The notes beneath the pieces were generated by a model. That model worked only from the letters and a program-made list of their open reading frames with translations, did not search any database and was not told the DNA's origin. Below are positions 40,111 to 52,674 of a stretch of DNA of 64,000 nucleotides, in pieces. Position numbers and translations under genes: made by a program. How positions within the stretch are numbered: the first letter of the stretch is position 1; each line of letters starts with the position of its first letter. Source of the stretch: Octopus vulgaris (Eukaryota); NCBI GenBank assembly GCA_951406725.2, contig OX597815.1:187364001-187428000 (forward strand), written 5' to 3'.

Positions 40111-40389
40111 GCTTATAGCACCTCAGTTTCCCAAGTGGTCACCCATCTAAGTACTAACTAGGCTTGATGTTGCTTAACTTCAGTGATTGGACGAGAGCTG
40201 GTGCTTTCAATGTGATATCATCATCATCATCATCATTTAACGTCTGCTTTCCATGCTAGCATGTGTTGGATGGTTCGACTGGGGTCTGGGAAGCCAGGAG
40301 GCTGCACCAGGCCCAGTCTGATCTGGCAATGTTTCTACAGCTGGATGCCCTTCCTAATGCCAACCACTACGTGAGTGATATGGTTATGC
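40111..40389 (-). pseudogene. 5S rRNA-derived sequence, split by a family C SINE
   Basis: Minus strand CCATATCAC|ATTGAAAGCACCAGCTCTCGTCCAATCACTGAAGTTAAGCAAC...GTTAGTACTTAGATGGGTGACC..TGGGAA..GGTGCTATAAGC is collinear with metazoan 5S rRNA, with CpG-type decay. Confidence 0.9.
40219..40374 (-). mobile_element. SINE family C 3' part inserted in the 5S copy
   Basis: TSD GTGATAT at 40212-40218 and 40375-40381. Confidence 0.85.
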
Positions 40390-41078
40390 AATTTAGTGAA
40401 GAAGAAATATCACACAGTATTTTTAACTGCTTTAGTGTTTCAACCTCCTTGGCGATGTCTACATCTTTGACCAACAGACACATGGACTCTTGTATAGTTT
40501 CTGCCTACTAAATTTCATCTACAAGACGTCATCCAATTCAAGGTAATTGTAGAAGACACTTACCCAAGGTGCCATGTAGTTTAGCTTTGATAAATATATG
40601 AAGCCATTAGCATGTAGCAAAAGAAATACTTAGCAAAGAATATGTGCCAAAATTCCTGCTTATCTTTTGGTATGGATTCATGCTCTGCAGTTTGAAGCCA
40701 TCACAAAATATTTTGGAACTAGTTGGAACTGTATGCTGTTGACAACAGAATCAATCCAAAGGTGTAAAGATATCTTGAAACAAGAGTGGGTTTTAAGAAA
40801 AAAATGAAGGCTGTCAGTCTGTGGAATAACTACAGCAGGTAAAGGGCTTTGGATGAGATTCAGGAAATAATCAAACATGGAATGAACATTGATTAATCAA
40901 TGAAAAGCAACTGTTGTATAGAAAGGAAAACAAAATCTGTTAGACTTTAGATATGTCATAAGCACTAATCCCTGATATTATTTTGCCCTTCCTTTCTTCT
41001 TCCCAATCTTCTACATTATTCCTGCTGAAACCACTGATACTGAACTGCTGTAAATAATCTGCTGTTTTTATCAATACA

Positions 41079-41479
41079 CTAGTAGTATCACCCAGCGTTG
41101 CTCAGGCTTGTTTTCTTTTCGACACTTTAAAATTGGAGTTTTTGAAAAGAAAAAAAATTTGCATTATGTAGCTTGTTATTCTCTTTAAGTGAACATTTTT
41201 CTGGTTGAAATACACCGAAAAATGGTGACACAGCAGTCAAAAAATCGTAAAAAATAGGGATTTTCATAGAAAAAAAAATCACCTTTTTGATGTAAATAAT
41301 TTTTGGTGTTAACATGGTCCGATTTGAATTTTTTCTTCTACGGAAGGAAGAGCAAGCCTTCTTCTATCATACTCTCAACTTTGGTCAACTTGCACCGCAG
41401 GGTCTCGGAGGAGATAGTGTTAGTTGAAGGCTACCAAACCTGCCATACACAGACGACTTCAGCTTTATATATATATAGA
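41079..41479 (-). mobile_element. Non-autonomous Helitron
   Basis: Minus strand: 5' TC(TATATA), subterminal hairpin CCTGAGCAACGCTGGG, 3' CTAG; inserted between A and T, no TSD. Confidence 0.85.
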
Positions 41480-42389
41480 TTTGACGGTGGCGTTTGTAAA
41501 GAGCCATTTCTGTGAAAGGAGGTGCTGAGCTATAAAAGCTTGAGAAACATTGATGCAGATAGAGGCTCATAATGATGATAGTTAATGTATTTTAAATGAA
41601 AAGCATCTTATCAGTCAGAGATGGTAGGTATTGACTTAGAATTAGGTTGAAGAAAATTTAGAGTGATGGTTTAAGGATGAAATTGAGAAGCTTGGGACAT
41701 GCAGATGAAATAGCATAGGATCAAATACCTGGAAATCTGCTGTATGTGCAAGATCTCTCAACACATGTCAGCAGAATGCAATTGATGTTGAAACAATGAT
41801 AGTGATATATCTGTTATACACATAGCTATGTTATTATTATTATTATTATTCTTAGCTTTTTTGTTTTTACTTTCATTTATTGCATTTTTTTTTTTAGCAC
41901 AACTGCATTACAGCATTTCTGTCAAAGATATCAAATATACGTACAAAGAGAAAAACATTATTTTAATAATTACTCAGCAAATAAATTGTAATTTGATAGA
42001 TAAATTACAATACAAATTTAGTATAGTCTCCTGTAAACATTTCGTCACTGCTTTTTATGCTGCCATGTGCTGATTTGCATAAAGAAAAACTTAATATATT
42101 GACTATAATTTAGTTTGTAAATTACAGAATATATTGTTTCTCTTCTAGACAAAGCTTGAGATTCTTACAGGAAGAGATGCTATTTATCATGAAAATCATG
42201 TGAATGATAGACTGTTAACTTCTGAGCATCTAGTTAATTTAGTCAAACTGTTGTTTTAACCCATTTTCACAAAATTCTTCCAATTTCACAGTCACTATGT
42301 TCATTACCAATATTTTATGAATAAGTATTTCTTCTTAAGATCAATGTAAATTCCAGGCCCCTTGTTTCTTTCAGCATATCATAGTTTAC

Positions 42390-43001
42390 AATACGGGTTC
42401 TCAACCATTTTTTATCTATGGACCCTTTTGATTGCTATTTCATTCTGGTGGACCATTCATCATCATCATCGTTTAACGTCTGCTTTCCATGCTAGCATAG
42501 GTTGGATGATTTTGACTGAGGGCTGGCGAACCAGATGGCTGCACCAGGCTCCAATCTTGATCTGGCAAAGTTTCTACAGCTGGATGCCCTTCCTAACGCC
42601 AACCACTCCGAGAGTGTAGTAGGTGCTTTTTACGTGCCACCGACATGGGGGCCAGTCAGGCGGTACTGGCAACGACCTCGCTCGAATCCTCTTACACATG
42701 CCACCGGCACTGATGCCAGTAAGGCGATGCTGGCAATATTTAAAAACTATTTTCATAGAAACTTCTTTCAAAATTCCTATTTTGCTTTTCACACATTAAC
42801 TTGTGTAGGTCAAACTGTAAAATGACAGAGAAAGAAACCTTGCTGTTTCTTGCAATATATACCAATACATTTAAAGCAAAATTTTTTCAGGAGCCCTTAA
42901 AACATTATTGTGGATCTCCAATTTACTATATTGTTGCTTCGACACCCAAAAATCTAAAATGGACCCTCAGGGGCCATATGGATCCCAGTTGAGAACTACT
43001 G
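42390..43001. mobile_element. hAT-type MITE (CAGTGGTTCTCAACC family) with a nested family C SINE (~42457-42735)
   Basis: GGTTCTCAACCATTTTTTATCTATGGACCC ... CCATATGGATCCCAGTTGAGAACTACTG. Confidence 0.8.
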
Positions 43002-44360
43002 GCTAACAAGATGTCTTTGGATTGCTGATACCATTACCAGCTTGCTTGAAGTAACTCTTAGTTATTTCTCACCTAACTCTTTATGTCACAGAGAAGAAGA
43101 AGCAGTTGTAGTTTGTGTGATAATAGAAGTTGATGAGGTGTGGGAGTCCAGATTGGACTGGAGTCAAGGAATGTTCATAAAAAGAAGCAAGATTTAGCAC
43201 TATTTAGCATGTTTGTCATATTGTTTTGATTTGGTTATGGGTAGGATAGGGTGGAAATCACAACACACATGAGTTGTCTGACCAATTACTAATTCAAACC
43301 TTGTAAGGAGCCCAGCTGTAAATCCCAATGTCTGTTGGTGAGCTTGAACTATTGTGGTCATTGAGGGACTAGTAAAGAACTAGGTGCAGTGAGTATATGA
43401 GATTATGTATTATCCAACTGGAAAATCTCCTGAGGTGTTACCCAGGGGACCAAGTGCTGATTTCTGTCCTATGTGGCAGAGAATTTTCACTAGGAAATCT
43501 TTTCCATTTGTACACTCTGACAAATATTAGTTCCCACACCATAACAATTATATACTACAAATTCTAATACAATGAAAAATAGTATATTTTTAAAATTTTA
43601 AACTGGGCATGAAATAATATATAATATGTACACATAAGCTTATAAATGTAATTATGTAGGACAGGAATAGTTTTAGTTGAAAAACATGTTATATTTGACA
43701 TGAATAAAAAGAAATACACTTTTAGCAGAAATACTTTTATATTACATTCTTATTACTGTATGTAAAACATAAAAAGATATTATTTTTAAATAAAAGATTA
43801 GGAGAATTGTATATATTAATCTATACTCTAAAATATTAAAGTTTATTAATTTTTGAAGAGATTGCAGTCCTCATTCTCCTTTACACACACATTCTCTCTC
43901 TCTCAAACATATGCACACTCTTTCTCTCTCAAACACATATGTATGTACTCACACACACACACTCTACATAGTATATAAATATATTGAGTATAGAGAGAGG
44001 CTAAATTATTGAGAGAGTTAAACATCTATATGCTATGAAAAGAAAGTATATCTAATTTTAAAACTAATTTGATTGTAAATATTGATGGAAAAATACAACA
44101 ATTTAGGCTAATCATTTAAGGGACTTGCATAATTTTTCTATTTGATTACAATCTTCCTGTTTGATAAACACTTAAGATTAACTGCATTTGTACTCCACTT
44201 TGAAATTTTTATTGTGAAGCTAAAGTTAGTAAATAATTATCTGAAAGTAACAGGGGGAAAAATAAAGTAGATTTCTTAATCCATAATTATGAATATACTT
44301 CTTTGCAAGCAGTTTTGAAATAGTTTAAAATCTGCAATATTCATAATGCAGTAAAATACA

Positions 44361-44760
44361 TTGTTTGCCAAAATTATCAGTTGTGTTGAATCCCATTTCC
44401 CCAACACTTGTGGGCATGCTTACAAAATCAAAAAGGAAAAAAAACCCCAAAAAACAAAAAAAAAACATCACAGCACCCTTGACTTTCAGAAACATTTTTT
44501 CACACTAGAAATTGCTGAAGCATGGAACGAACTACCCGCATCGGTTGTTAGTTGTTGGAATTCTACATCCTACAAAACTTCCATGCTTCCTGAGATTCAC
44601 CACCAGTACACCTGATGACCCTAACCCCCCACCACTTTAAATGATTCATTCACTGTTCACTTCCTGTGCATTATTCTATGTACTGTTAATGCAGTTTTGG
44701 CTACTTTTTCTGATGAGTTGTAGTGCACCCAAGCACTGTATACAATAAGTTCATTATATA
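44361..44760 (+). mobile_element. CR1-clade LINE 3' end
   Basis: TCGHAYKI...KHFFTLEIAEAWNELPASVV...YK matches the CR1 ORF2 C-terminus TRGHxxKL..FFS.RV..WN.LP..VV..FK; 3' UTR ending CAATAAGTTCATTAT. Confidence 0.8.
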
Positions 44761-46462
44761 ATATGCTATATATGGTACTAATCTAATTGTTAAATTTAAT
44801 AAATTAAATGACTGGTGTGATAGAACAAACATGTTAGTTGACCTAGCATTAAAAAAAAAATTAACTTGAATATTTCTCCTTGTTCTAAATCTACTCTCAG
44901 ATAGGAGTTAAATTAAAGAAAATTATTCTTTAAAACTGTCAGCATAATGTAGTTATGAATACAATCTTTATTGCTAAAATAAGAGTAAAACAAACAACAA
45001 AATTTCTTTGTAAATAAAGGCACTGTTTCAATCCCAATTAATCATTTAAACATATTCCATGTCATCTTCTTTAAAATAGAAACAAAAAAAAAATTAGAAA
45101 AACAAAAAGAAAACTGCTGTACACATTGCAGAATAATCTGAAATTCTAGTTTGTACATCACTGATATTGTTTCAAGGCTGTATTTCTATATATCACTGCC
45201 TTGGATATATTTCTAATGTTCATAGCTACAGTGTAAACAACACCTATTGATCAGCCTAGAGTCCATGTTATTTGACTGACATCTTCATTTGTTTCCTCCT
45301 ACAATTACCACCTGAAACTAATTACTCATTTCTTTTGTCTAGTTTATGACCAAGAGCAATTAATATTTAGAATCAATAAACCTTATCTTCTATTTCTGGT
45401 TTATTAGATTTAATGGATTATTTCTTATTTGTAATCTTTATACATACACTCACGCACATACGAATTTATCGAGAAACATTGACTGTTATACAATTTCTGG
45501 TGATGTACATTTAAGTGGTTTTTCCATTGCCTTCTTCAGTAGTCATGAAGTGGAATGCTTAGGGAAGGCAAAATAGAAATTTGTATTGTGCTAATACAGT
45601 ATAATTGAACAGACACAGCTACAACTGAGCGATGAAACTCAGTTGTGGAGTTGGTTCATTGTAAGGTACACTTATGTACACACATGCATACCCCCATTTC
45701 TAGTTATTGTATAATTATGGAAAACATAATTACACTGAATGATAGAAGTTATAGAAAATTCTTTCAAGCTGTTGTTAATTCTATTTGAACCTTTTCATTT
45801 CTCTCTCTCTCTCTCTTTCTTTTTTTTTCCCCACTTTGTATTGATTTAGTTATTAACTGTACTATGCTGTCTAACTTCTATTGTTGCTATAAAATGACAT
45901 TAATCTAAACATTACTTATCTCAAATAGTTGATTCATGTATATATGATAAAATGAAAAAGGAAGCAAATTACTAGGATACTTTAAAAGTAACAGATAATG
46001 GAAAGTAATACTAAAATTATCATGGGCAAATAAACACTTATTGCTTCAGTGTTCATATTGAATGCTGTAATTTTTTTTCTTAGTAATATCTCGTGATTAA
46101 ATGTTCTGAATGCTTTGTAATATCTAAAAATATTCCTAATAAATATTCATTGTAACCTTGTGTGACTATAAATGTTATGGAAGCTTGGAAAGGCATGGAC
46201 AGAATATTTTGTTTCGCCCAAATTTCATTATCAATTATTTGTTTCAACAGATCAATCATTTACTATTATGATTATCACAGTATTGCATGCATCTGCTGTA
46301 TCACCAGACTCAGCTACATGTGTGTCTTAGGTATATATATATATAAACAATCACTCATATTTTACTATTTATTCTTACAATGGTTTCTGTTGTTGGACTG
46401 TGGCCATGTTGGAGCACCATATTCAAAGTTTTTCTATTAGTCTTGTATTTATTTTCATCATA

Positions 46463-46625
46463 GGCGTAGGAGTGGCTGTGTGGTAAGTAGCTTGCTTACG
46501 AACCACATGGTTCCGGGTTCAGTCCCACTGCGTGGCACCTTGGGCAAGTGTCGTCTACTATAGCCTTGGGCTGACTAAATCCTTGTGAGTGGATTTGGTA
46601 GATGGAAACTGAAAGAAGCTCGTCG

Positions 46626-46671
<46 letters not shown>

Positions 46672-46860
46672 GTGTGTGTGTTTGTGTGTATGTGTTTGTC
46701 CTCCCAACATCTGGTGTGTTTACGTCCCCGTAACTTAGTGGTTCGACAAAAGAGATCGATAGAATAAGTACTAGGCTTACAAAGAATAAATCCTGGGGTC
46801 GATTTGCTCGACTAAAGGCAGTGCTCCAGCATGGCCACAGTCAAATGACTGAATAAAGTA
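46463..46860 (+). mobile_element. SINE family B, young full-length copy
   Basis: GGCGTAGGAGTGGCTGTGTGGTAAG head to GACTGAATAAAG tail; CpGs intact. Confidence 0.9.
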
Positions 46861-47394
46861 ACATTTTCCCATAGCTATATATGTTTTTCTTAAAAGACTG
46901 GAAATGGAACAGCCTCACTTGTATGACAATCATGCCCATTTACAACCTTCACATAATATCTAGAGAAGGATACTATATATTATTGACTGGCCACATTGCT
47001 CTGTTTTTGATACAGTACTGGTTTTTAACCTGCAGTATTGTGTCAAACAAATGGACACAAACATGGACTGACACCTCTACTGTCAGTGTAATTTTTGAAA
47101 GGACATTCTGAAATCCAAGTATTATCTGAAAGAAATAAAAATAATGAAACTCAGTGTTATTAAACTACATCATGTTTTCAAATCTCTATTCGACATTATT
47201 AACATGATGCTTCAAATAACCTCACGTGCTATTTTTATACAAACACATATGCAAGTTTCTGCACAGTCTCCATCTGTGAAAGGTAATAGTAGGTGTCATA
47301 CAATATGGAGACACACGATTGTCAAATTTCTTAACCACACAACCTTGCTCACACATTCTTTTTGTATGAGCTGTTTCTTTATAGATATTCTTTA

Positions 47395-47708
47395 ACTTGT
47401 TTAGGTTGTTAGACTTTGGCCAAGCTGGAGCTATACCTTGAAAGGTTTTAAGCCAAATCAACCCCAGTATTTAATATTTAAGTCCGGTGATTATTGTATC
47501 AGTCTCTTTTGCTAAATTGCTAAGCCATGGAGATGTAAACAAACCAACACTAGTTGTCAAGCAGTGGGGTTTAGGGTCAAACACGCACACATACATGTAT
47601 ATAACAAGCATCTACCTGGAGCTGTTGTAGATGACACCTGGCCAAGGTGTTTAGCAGTGGGGCTGAACCCAAAGAGAGCTTCTTTGTCACACAGCCATAC
47701 CTGTGCCT
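47395..47708 (-). mobile_element. SINE family B, internally deleted
   Basis: Tail GGCCAAGCTGGAGC and head CACACAGCCATACCTGTGCC. Confidence 0.7.
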
Positions 47709-47734
47709 ATAACACACAGTCATACTAGAACCTG

Positions 47735-47779
<45 letters not shown>

Positions 47780-47780
47780 T

Positions 47781-48093
47781 TATATTGAAGGTTAAAAAGT
47801 AACACACAAGTTGATATGTATAAGGAAAATAAGGAAAGGTAGAAAATGCTAAAATAATTTTATCATGAAATACATTTTGTAACAGTTAGTGCTGGTTTCA
47901 GTCTTTTGGACTTTTTCAACTAAGAAAACAATCGGAATTTAATTGTTTTTCTTCTTAATTGATATCCACTTTTGTTTTACATTTAGTTGAAAAAGTCAAA
48001 AAGGCTGAAACTGGTACTAAACATTGCAAAATGTATTTCATGATAACATTATTTTAACATTTTCTATCTTGTTTTATTTTCCTTATGTATACC
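47781..48093. mobile_element. Penelope-like fold-back element (inverted pLTR-like arms)
   Basis: ~110-bp arms 47813-47923 / 47983-48093; hammerhead-like layout TTAG-TTGAAAA-AGTC..GGCT-GAAAC..GTA-CTAA; ~30-nt one-sided extension. Confidence 0.6.
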
Positions 48094-48960
48094 ATGAAAA
48101 CCCATGTAATTTGCACACCTGTGTAATTTACGTAGGTGATTTTCAGGATAAAAATTGTTAAAAATAGCTATTCATGTAAAATTTGCACCCAAAAGTTTTT
48201 AGAATTGCCAATATGGCCAGGGAACAAAAGTTTTCAATTTAGTTGTATTTAGCATAATTGTACTTATTTATGATTAAATTTTGTTAAATTTTCATTGAAT
48301 AAAAATAATTTAATGGGTATCACATTGAAAGCTATTAAATTACAAAGTGTTTGTGTTTATAATAAACTTTATTTTACATTTCTTGCCCACAAGAGATTAT
48401 GTCTGATCTTTAGCATACTTCTGTATGGCTTCTCAAGTCATGATCACAGGAAAAGTTGTTGATAACTCTTATCAACAAAAAGCTGATAAATACCAACAAA
48501 TGTTGCAAAATAAGTTTAATTACCAATAAACTTCAGCTTGGATGACACTTTACTCAAATAACAGAGGAAGGTGACCAATCAGATTGATTATGTAAACTGA
48601 ATTCTGATTGGTTGAAAGTGTCTTCTTGTCTCAAGCTCTGATTTTCTGCCTGTTCTTGTCGGAACCTTTGATACAGAGTATCGAAATTTTAATCCTTTTC
48701 ACACTTATAAAATGTCAAGCAAACTTAAACATTAGTCATTACTGTTTTGGTTGGGAGACCAAACCGATAGTTTGGTAACCCACTAAAATAAGCATTAAAA
48801 ATCGAAAGGAGAAAATAAACAGCTTTGCAAGTTTAACTTAGTGTTTATTGAACAAGAGAGGTGCGAAACTTAAAAAGCGACTTGTTAGAATATACACGTC
48901 TGTGAGGAGACATAAACAAGAATAGCAAAAATCTACTCTACCAAAAGAACTGGTAATACA
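48090..48960 (+). mobile_element. Possible pogo/Tigger-like DNA transposon 5' remnant
   Basis: TA-CCATGAAAACCCATGTAATTTGCAC start with repeated GTAA(A)TTTGCAC subterminal motifs; right end not found. Confidence 0.3.
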
Positions 48961-49705
48961 TACATTACAAGTGTTCTATGAAGAGAACATAAGATTGCTG
49001 CATAATTCAACATGAATGTGAAATGACATTAAACACCATGTAAGGTAAATGAAGTTTCCTGTAGGAATGCTAAGTCATATTCACTGAAAAGAAACAGCAA
49101 TTTTAGCAAAACATATTAAGCAACACTAATAATAAATAAAAAAACATAAAAATAAGCAAGCTTTTGATGGTTTTATAGATATTTCAAAATTATGATACTA
49201 GGTGTTTGCATTATTTTGTCCAACCCCTGTATATATTTATATATATATATAAAAGAAATAATTAAAATTCAATTGAATTAGGTACTGAAATTGAGACACC
49301 TTGTTAGGTCTGAATAATATGTATACTCAATAATATTAAGTGAATATTACATGTGGTGCATAAGTGCCGGCCATATGGAGATGGCTGTAATGAATTGACA
49401 GCTGTTCATCTTTGTTACTCACTTATATTTTATATATGTATATATATATATAATAATGATAATTATTATTATTTGAGGGAATATTATTCCTAACTTACAG
49501 GGAAAAATACAATTTAGAAATGCTAAATTAAATTTCACAAAATATAATGTATATATGAAAATTAGAAAAAAACCTACCTTTTATCAATTCAGAATGAACA
49601 ATTAAATTACACCATCTAGAAAATTACTTATAATAGAAATATTAAAATTAAAATAACAATAATATACCGAAGATTAAGTAAATTGCAAAAAAATAATAAA
49701 AACGT

Positions 49706-49764
49706 GTAACCCATGCCAGCATGGAAAGCGGACGCTAAACGATGATGATGTGTATGTATGTATG

Positions 49765-49807
<43 letters not shown>

Positions 49808-50165
49808 GCTAGCATGGAAAGCGGACATTAAACGATGATGATGATGGTGTGTGTGTATGTATATATATATATATATATATATAAATAACATTTCATGTAC
49901 ACTGTATTAAAATAAGAGCTGCTAATAGTTTCTTGTCATTGAGACATCATCATTATCATCATCATCATTTAATGTCCATTTTCCATGCTGGCATGGGTTG
50001 GATGGATTGACAGGAACCAGTAAGACCAGGGGCTGCACCAGGTCTGTTTTGGTTTGGTTTCTACAACTGGATGCCCTTCCTGTTAATAATCACTTTACTG
50101 AGTGTACTGGGTGCTTTGTACATGGCAACATCACCAGTGCTTCTTTTTATGTGGTACCAACACCC
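49706..50165. mobile_element. Two short family C tails (+) with (TA)n, then an inverted family C copy (-)
   Basis: CATGC(C/T)AGCATGGAAAGCGGAC twice; (CAT)n TTTAATGTCCATTTTCCATGCTGGC from ~49945. Confidence 0.8.
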
Positions 50166-50590
50166 ACAATAATGCTTTTTATATGACTTATTGTTTTTAA
50201 GATCTTGATTCTGTTATGGTGGGCAGGTCATCTGAAGCACAGCAATGCACTTCATATCCCAGTTTTCTGTCATTTCCTTTGTAAGATTCAGCATTTTGAG
50301 ATCAGTCTTCAATACTTCATCTCATGTTTCCCTGGGTCTCCAGCTCTTATTTTCACACACTGTTCATTAAATGATATTTACCTCACTGGATGGATTACTT
50401 TTTGTAACAAAACACTACACTCTGTGTGTATGTAAATTTTACTGTGATATTGTGTCTAACCATGCAATATGTAGTAGGTGGTGGTGTTTGGGTATATTGA
50501 TGCCTTGCCTGTCTGCTTTTTCGGTCCTGGTATATCCATTATTACAGGGACAATTTTAGTTTCTTGCCTTCAGCCTTTTCTCTATTTAAA

Positions 50591-50954
50591 TCTCTCTATA
50601 TATAAAGCTGAAGTTGTCTGTGTATGGCAGGTTTGGTAGCCTTCAACTAACACTATCTCCTCCGAGACACTGCGGCGCTAGTTGACCAAAATTGAGAGTA
50701 TGATAGAAGAAGGCTTGCTCTTCCTTCCGTAGAAGAAAAAATTCAAATCGGACCATGTTAACACCAAAAATTATTTACAAAAAAAAGGTACTTTTTTTCT
50801 ATGAAAATCTCTATTTTTTACGCTTTTTTGACTGCTGTGTCACCATTTTTCGGTGTATTTCAACCAGAAAAATGTTCACTTAAAGAGAATAACAAGCTAC
50901 ATAATGCAAAATTTTTACTTTTCAAAAATTCCAATTCTAAAGGAATACTGCTAG
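50591..50954 (+). mobile_element. Non-autonomous Helitron, second copy, inverted relative to 41079-41479
   Basis: A|TC...CTAG|T; near-identical body; subterminal hairpin segment deleted. Confidence 0.85.
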
Positions 50955-50967
50955 TAATATATAAATG

Positions 50968-51340
50968 TAGGCATTGCTGGATGGTTAAGAAGTTTGCTTT
51001 GCATCTACATGATTTTGGGTTCAATTCCACTTGGTGATACTTTGTGCTAATGTCTTCTACTATAGCCTCAGACTGACCAATACTTTGCAAGTAAATTGAT
51101 GGAAACTGTTTATAAGCTTGTCATACATGTGTTGTGTTGCTTGTCTTTCACTGCTTGACCTCTGGTGTTGATTTGTTTACGCATTCCTATAATTTAGTGA
51201 TTTGACAAAAAATAACTGATAGAAAAAGTACCAGGTTTAAAAAATAAGTACTGCAAGTGATTTTATTGAATAAAAATGACCCCTTCAAGGGGGTACTCCA
51301 TCATGGTCACAGTCCAGTGATTGAAACAAGTAAAAGATTA
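50968..51340 (+). mobile_element. SINE family B, older copy
   Basis: GGGTTCAATTCCAC...TGTCTTCTACTATAGCC...CATGGTCACAGTCCAGTGATTGAAAC. Confidence 0.75.
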
Positions 51341-51387
51341 AAACAATATTCACAGAAGTGGTTTTGCTAATGTAGGGAGGTTTTTCC

Positions 51388-52136
51388 GGATCTTTTCCTA
51401 TTGAATGGCGCTTTTCAACACAATTTCTAGTTAACTAAACACTTTTAAACTTCGTATACTGGTAGAATGTGTCAAAATAAAACATTTTTTCTCTTGGCTT
51501 TCTTGAGAAAATTGTAATTTGTTTGTTTAACATAGTTTAATTTTTCGAATTTTAAAAAATCCTATGCCCTCTATTTAGCTAAAATCATTTGCTGCGTCTA
51601 AAACTGAAACAACATCCTGTCACTAACCCTAATCCTCACCCTAACCCTAAATTTTAGCCTTTCGTTTTTTTTTCTTAATTGTTAAATTAATTTAAGGATA
51701 ACAATTAAGAAAAAAAAACGAAAGGCTAAAATGAAAGCAATGTAAAATAATTTTAATTTAACAATTAAGAAAAAAAAAACGAAAGCAAAAGCTCAAAACA
51801 AAAACAAAACGAATAATTTTAGACACACACGTAACAGTTAAGAAAAAAAAAATGAAAGGCTAAAATTTAGGGTTAGGGTGAGGGTTAGAGTTAGGGTTAG
51901 TGTCAGGATGTTGTTTCAGTTTTAGACGCAGCAAATGATTTTAGCTAAATAGAGGGCATAGGATTGGTTAAAGTTCGAAAAATTAAACTACGTTAAACTT
52001 ACGAATTACAATTTTCTGAAGAAAGCCAAGAGAAAAAAATGTTTTATTTTGACACATTCTACCAGCATACGAAGTTTAAGAGTGTTTAGTTAGCTAGAAA
52101 TTGTGTTGAAAAGTGCCGTTCAAAAGGAAAAGATCT
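51388..52136. mobile_element. Long-TIR non-autonomous DNA transposon (Merlin-like) with internal telomeric repeats
   Basis: ~295-bp TIRs beginning GGATCTTTTCC; 8-bp TSD GTTTTTCC at 51380-51387 and 52137-52144; CCCTAA/TTAGGG units in each arm. Confidence 0.85.
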
Positions 52137-52194
52137 GTTTTTCCTTCTGGAATTGCAACTTTTATTAGCAGGCATCTCTATCTTTGGTTACTCT

Positions 52195-52575
52195 TTGCTC
52201 TTTTACTTGTTTGTCATATGACTGTGTCCATGCTGGAGCACCGCCTTTAGTTGAGCAAATCAACCCCAGGACTTATTCTTTGTAAGCCTAGTACTTATTC
52301 TATCGGTCTCTTTTGCTGAACCGCTAAGTTATGGGGACGTAAATACACCAGCATTGGTTGTCAAGCGATGTTGGGGGGACAAACACAGACACACAAACAT
52401 ATACATACATATATACATATATATGATGGGCTTCTTTCAGTTTCCGTCTACCAGATCCACTCGCAAGGCTTTGGTCAGGCCGAGGCTATAGTAGAAGACA
52501 CTCGCCCAAGGTGCCACGCAGTGGGACTGAACCTGGAACCATGTGGTTCATAAGCAAGCTACTTACCACACTCCA
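52195..52575 (-). mobile_element. SINE family B, young full length
   Basis: Reverse complement of 46463-46860. Confidence 0.9.
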
Positions 52576-52674
52576 CTCTCAATGATATTTGAATGTTCTC
52601 CTCTTGTTATAATCATTATTATTACCTAATAATCTTAATCTAGTACCACTTAAAAAGCCACCTAAAAAGAACCT

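Noticed and set aside
40111-40389. Functional 5S rRNA gene
   Set aside because: Interrupted by a SINE, many transitions, solitary copy.
44612-44725. CTGATGA motifs as hammerhead cores
   Set aside because: No helix II/GAAA partner; they lie in the CR1 3' UTR.
51620-51900. Telomere or chromosome-fusion site
   Set aside because: The few TTAGGG units lie symmetrically inside TIRs bounded by an 8-bp TSD.
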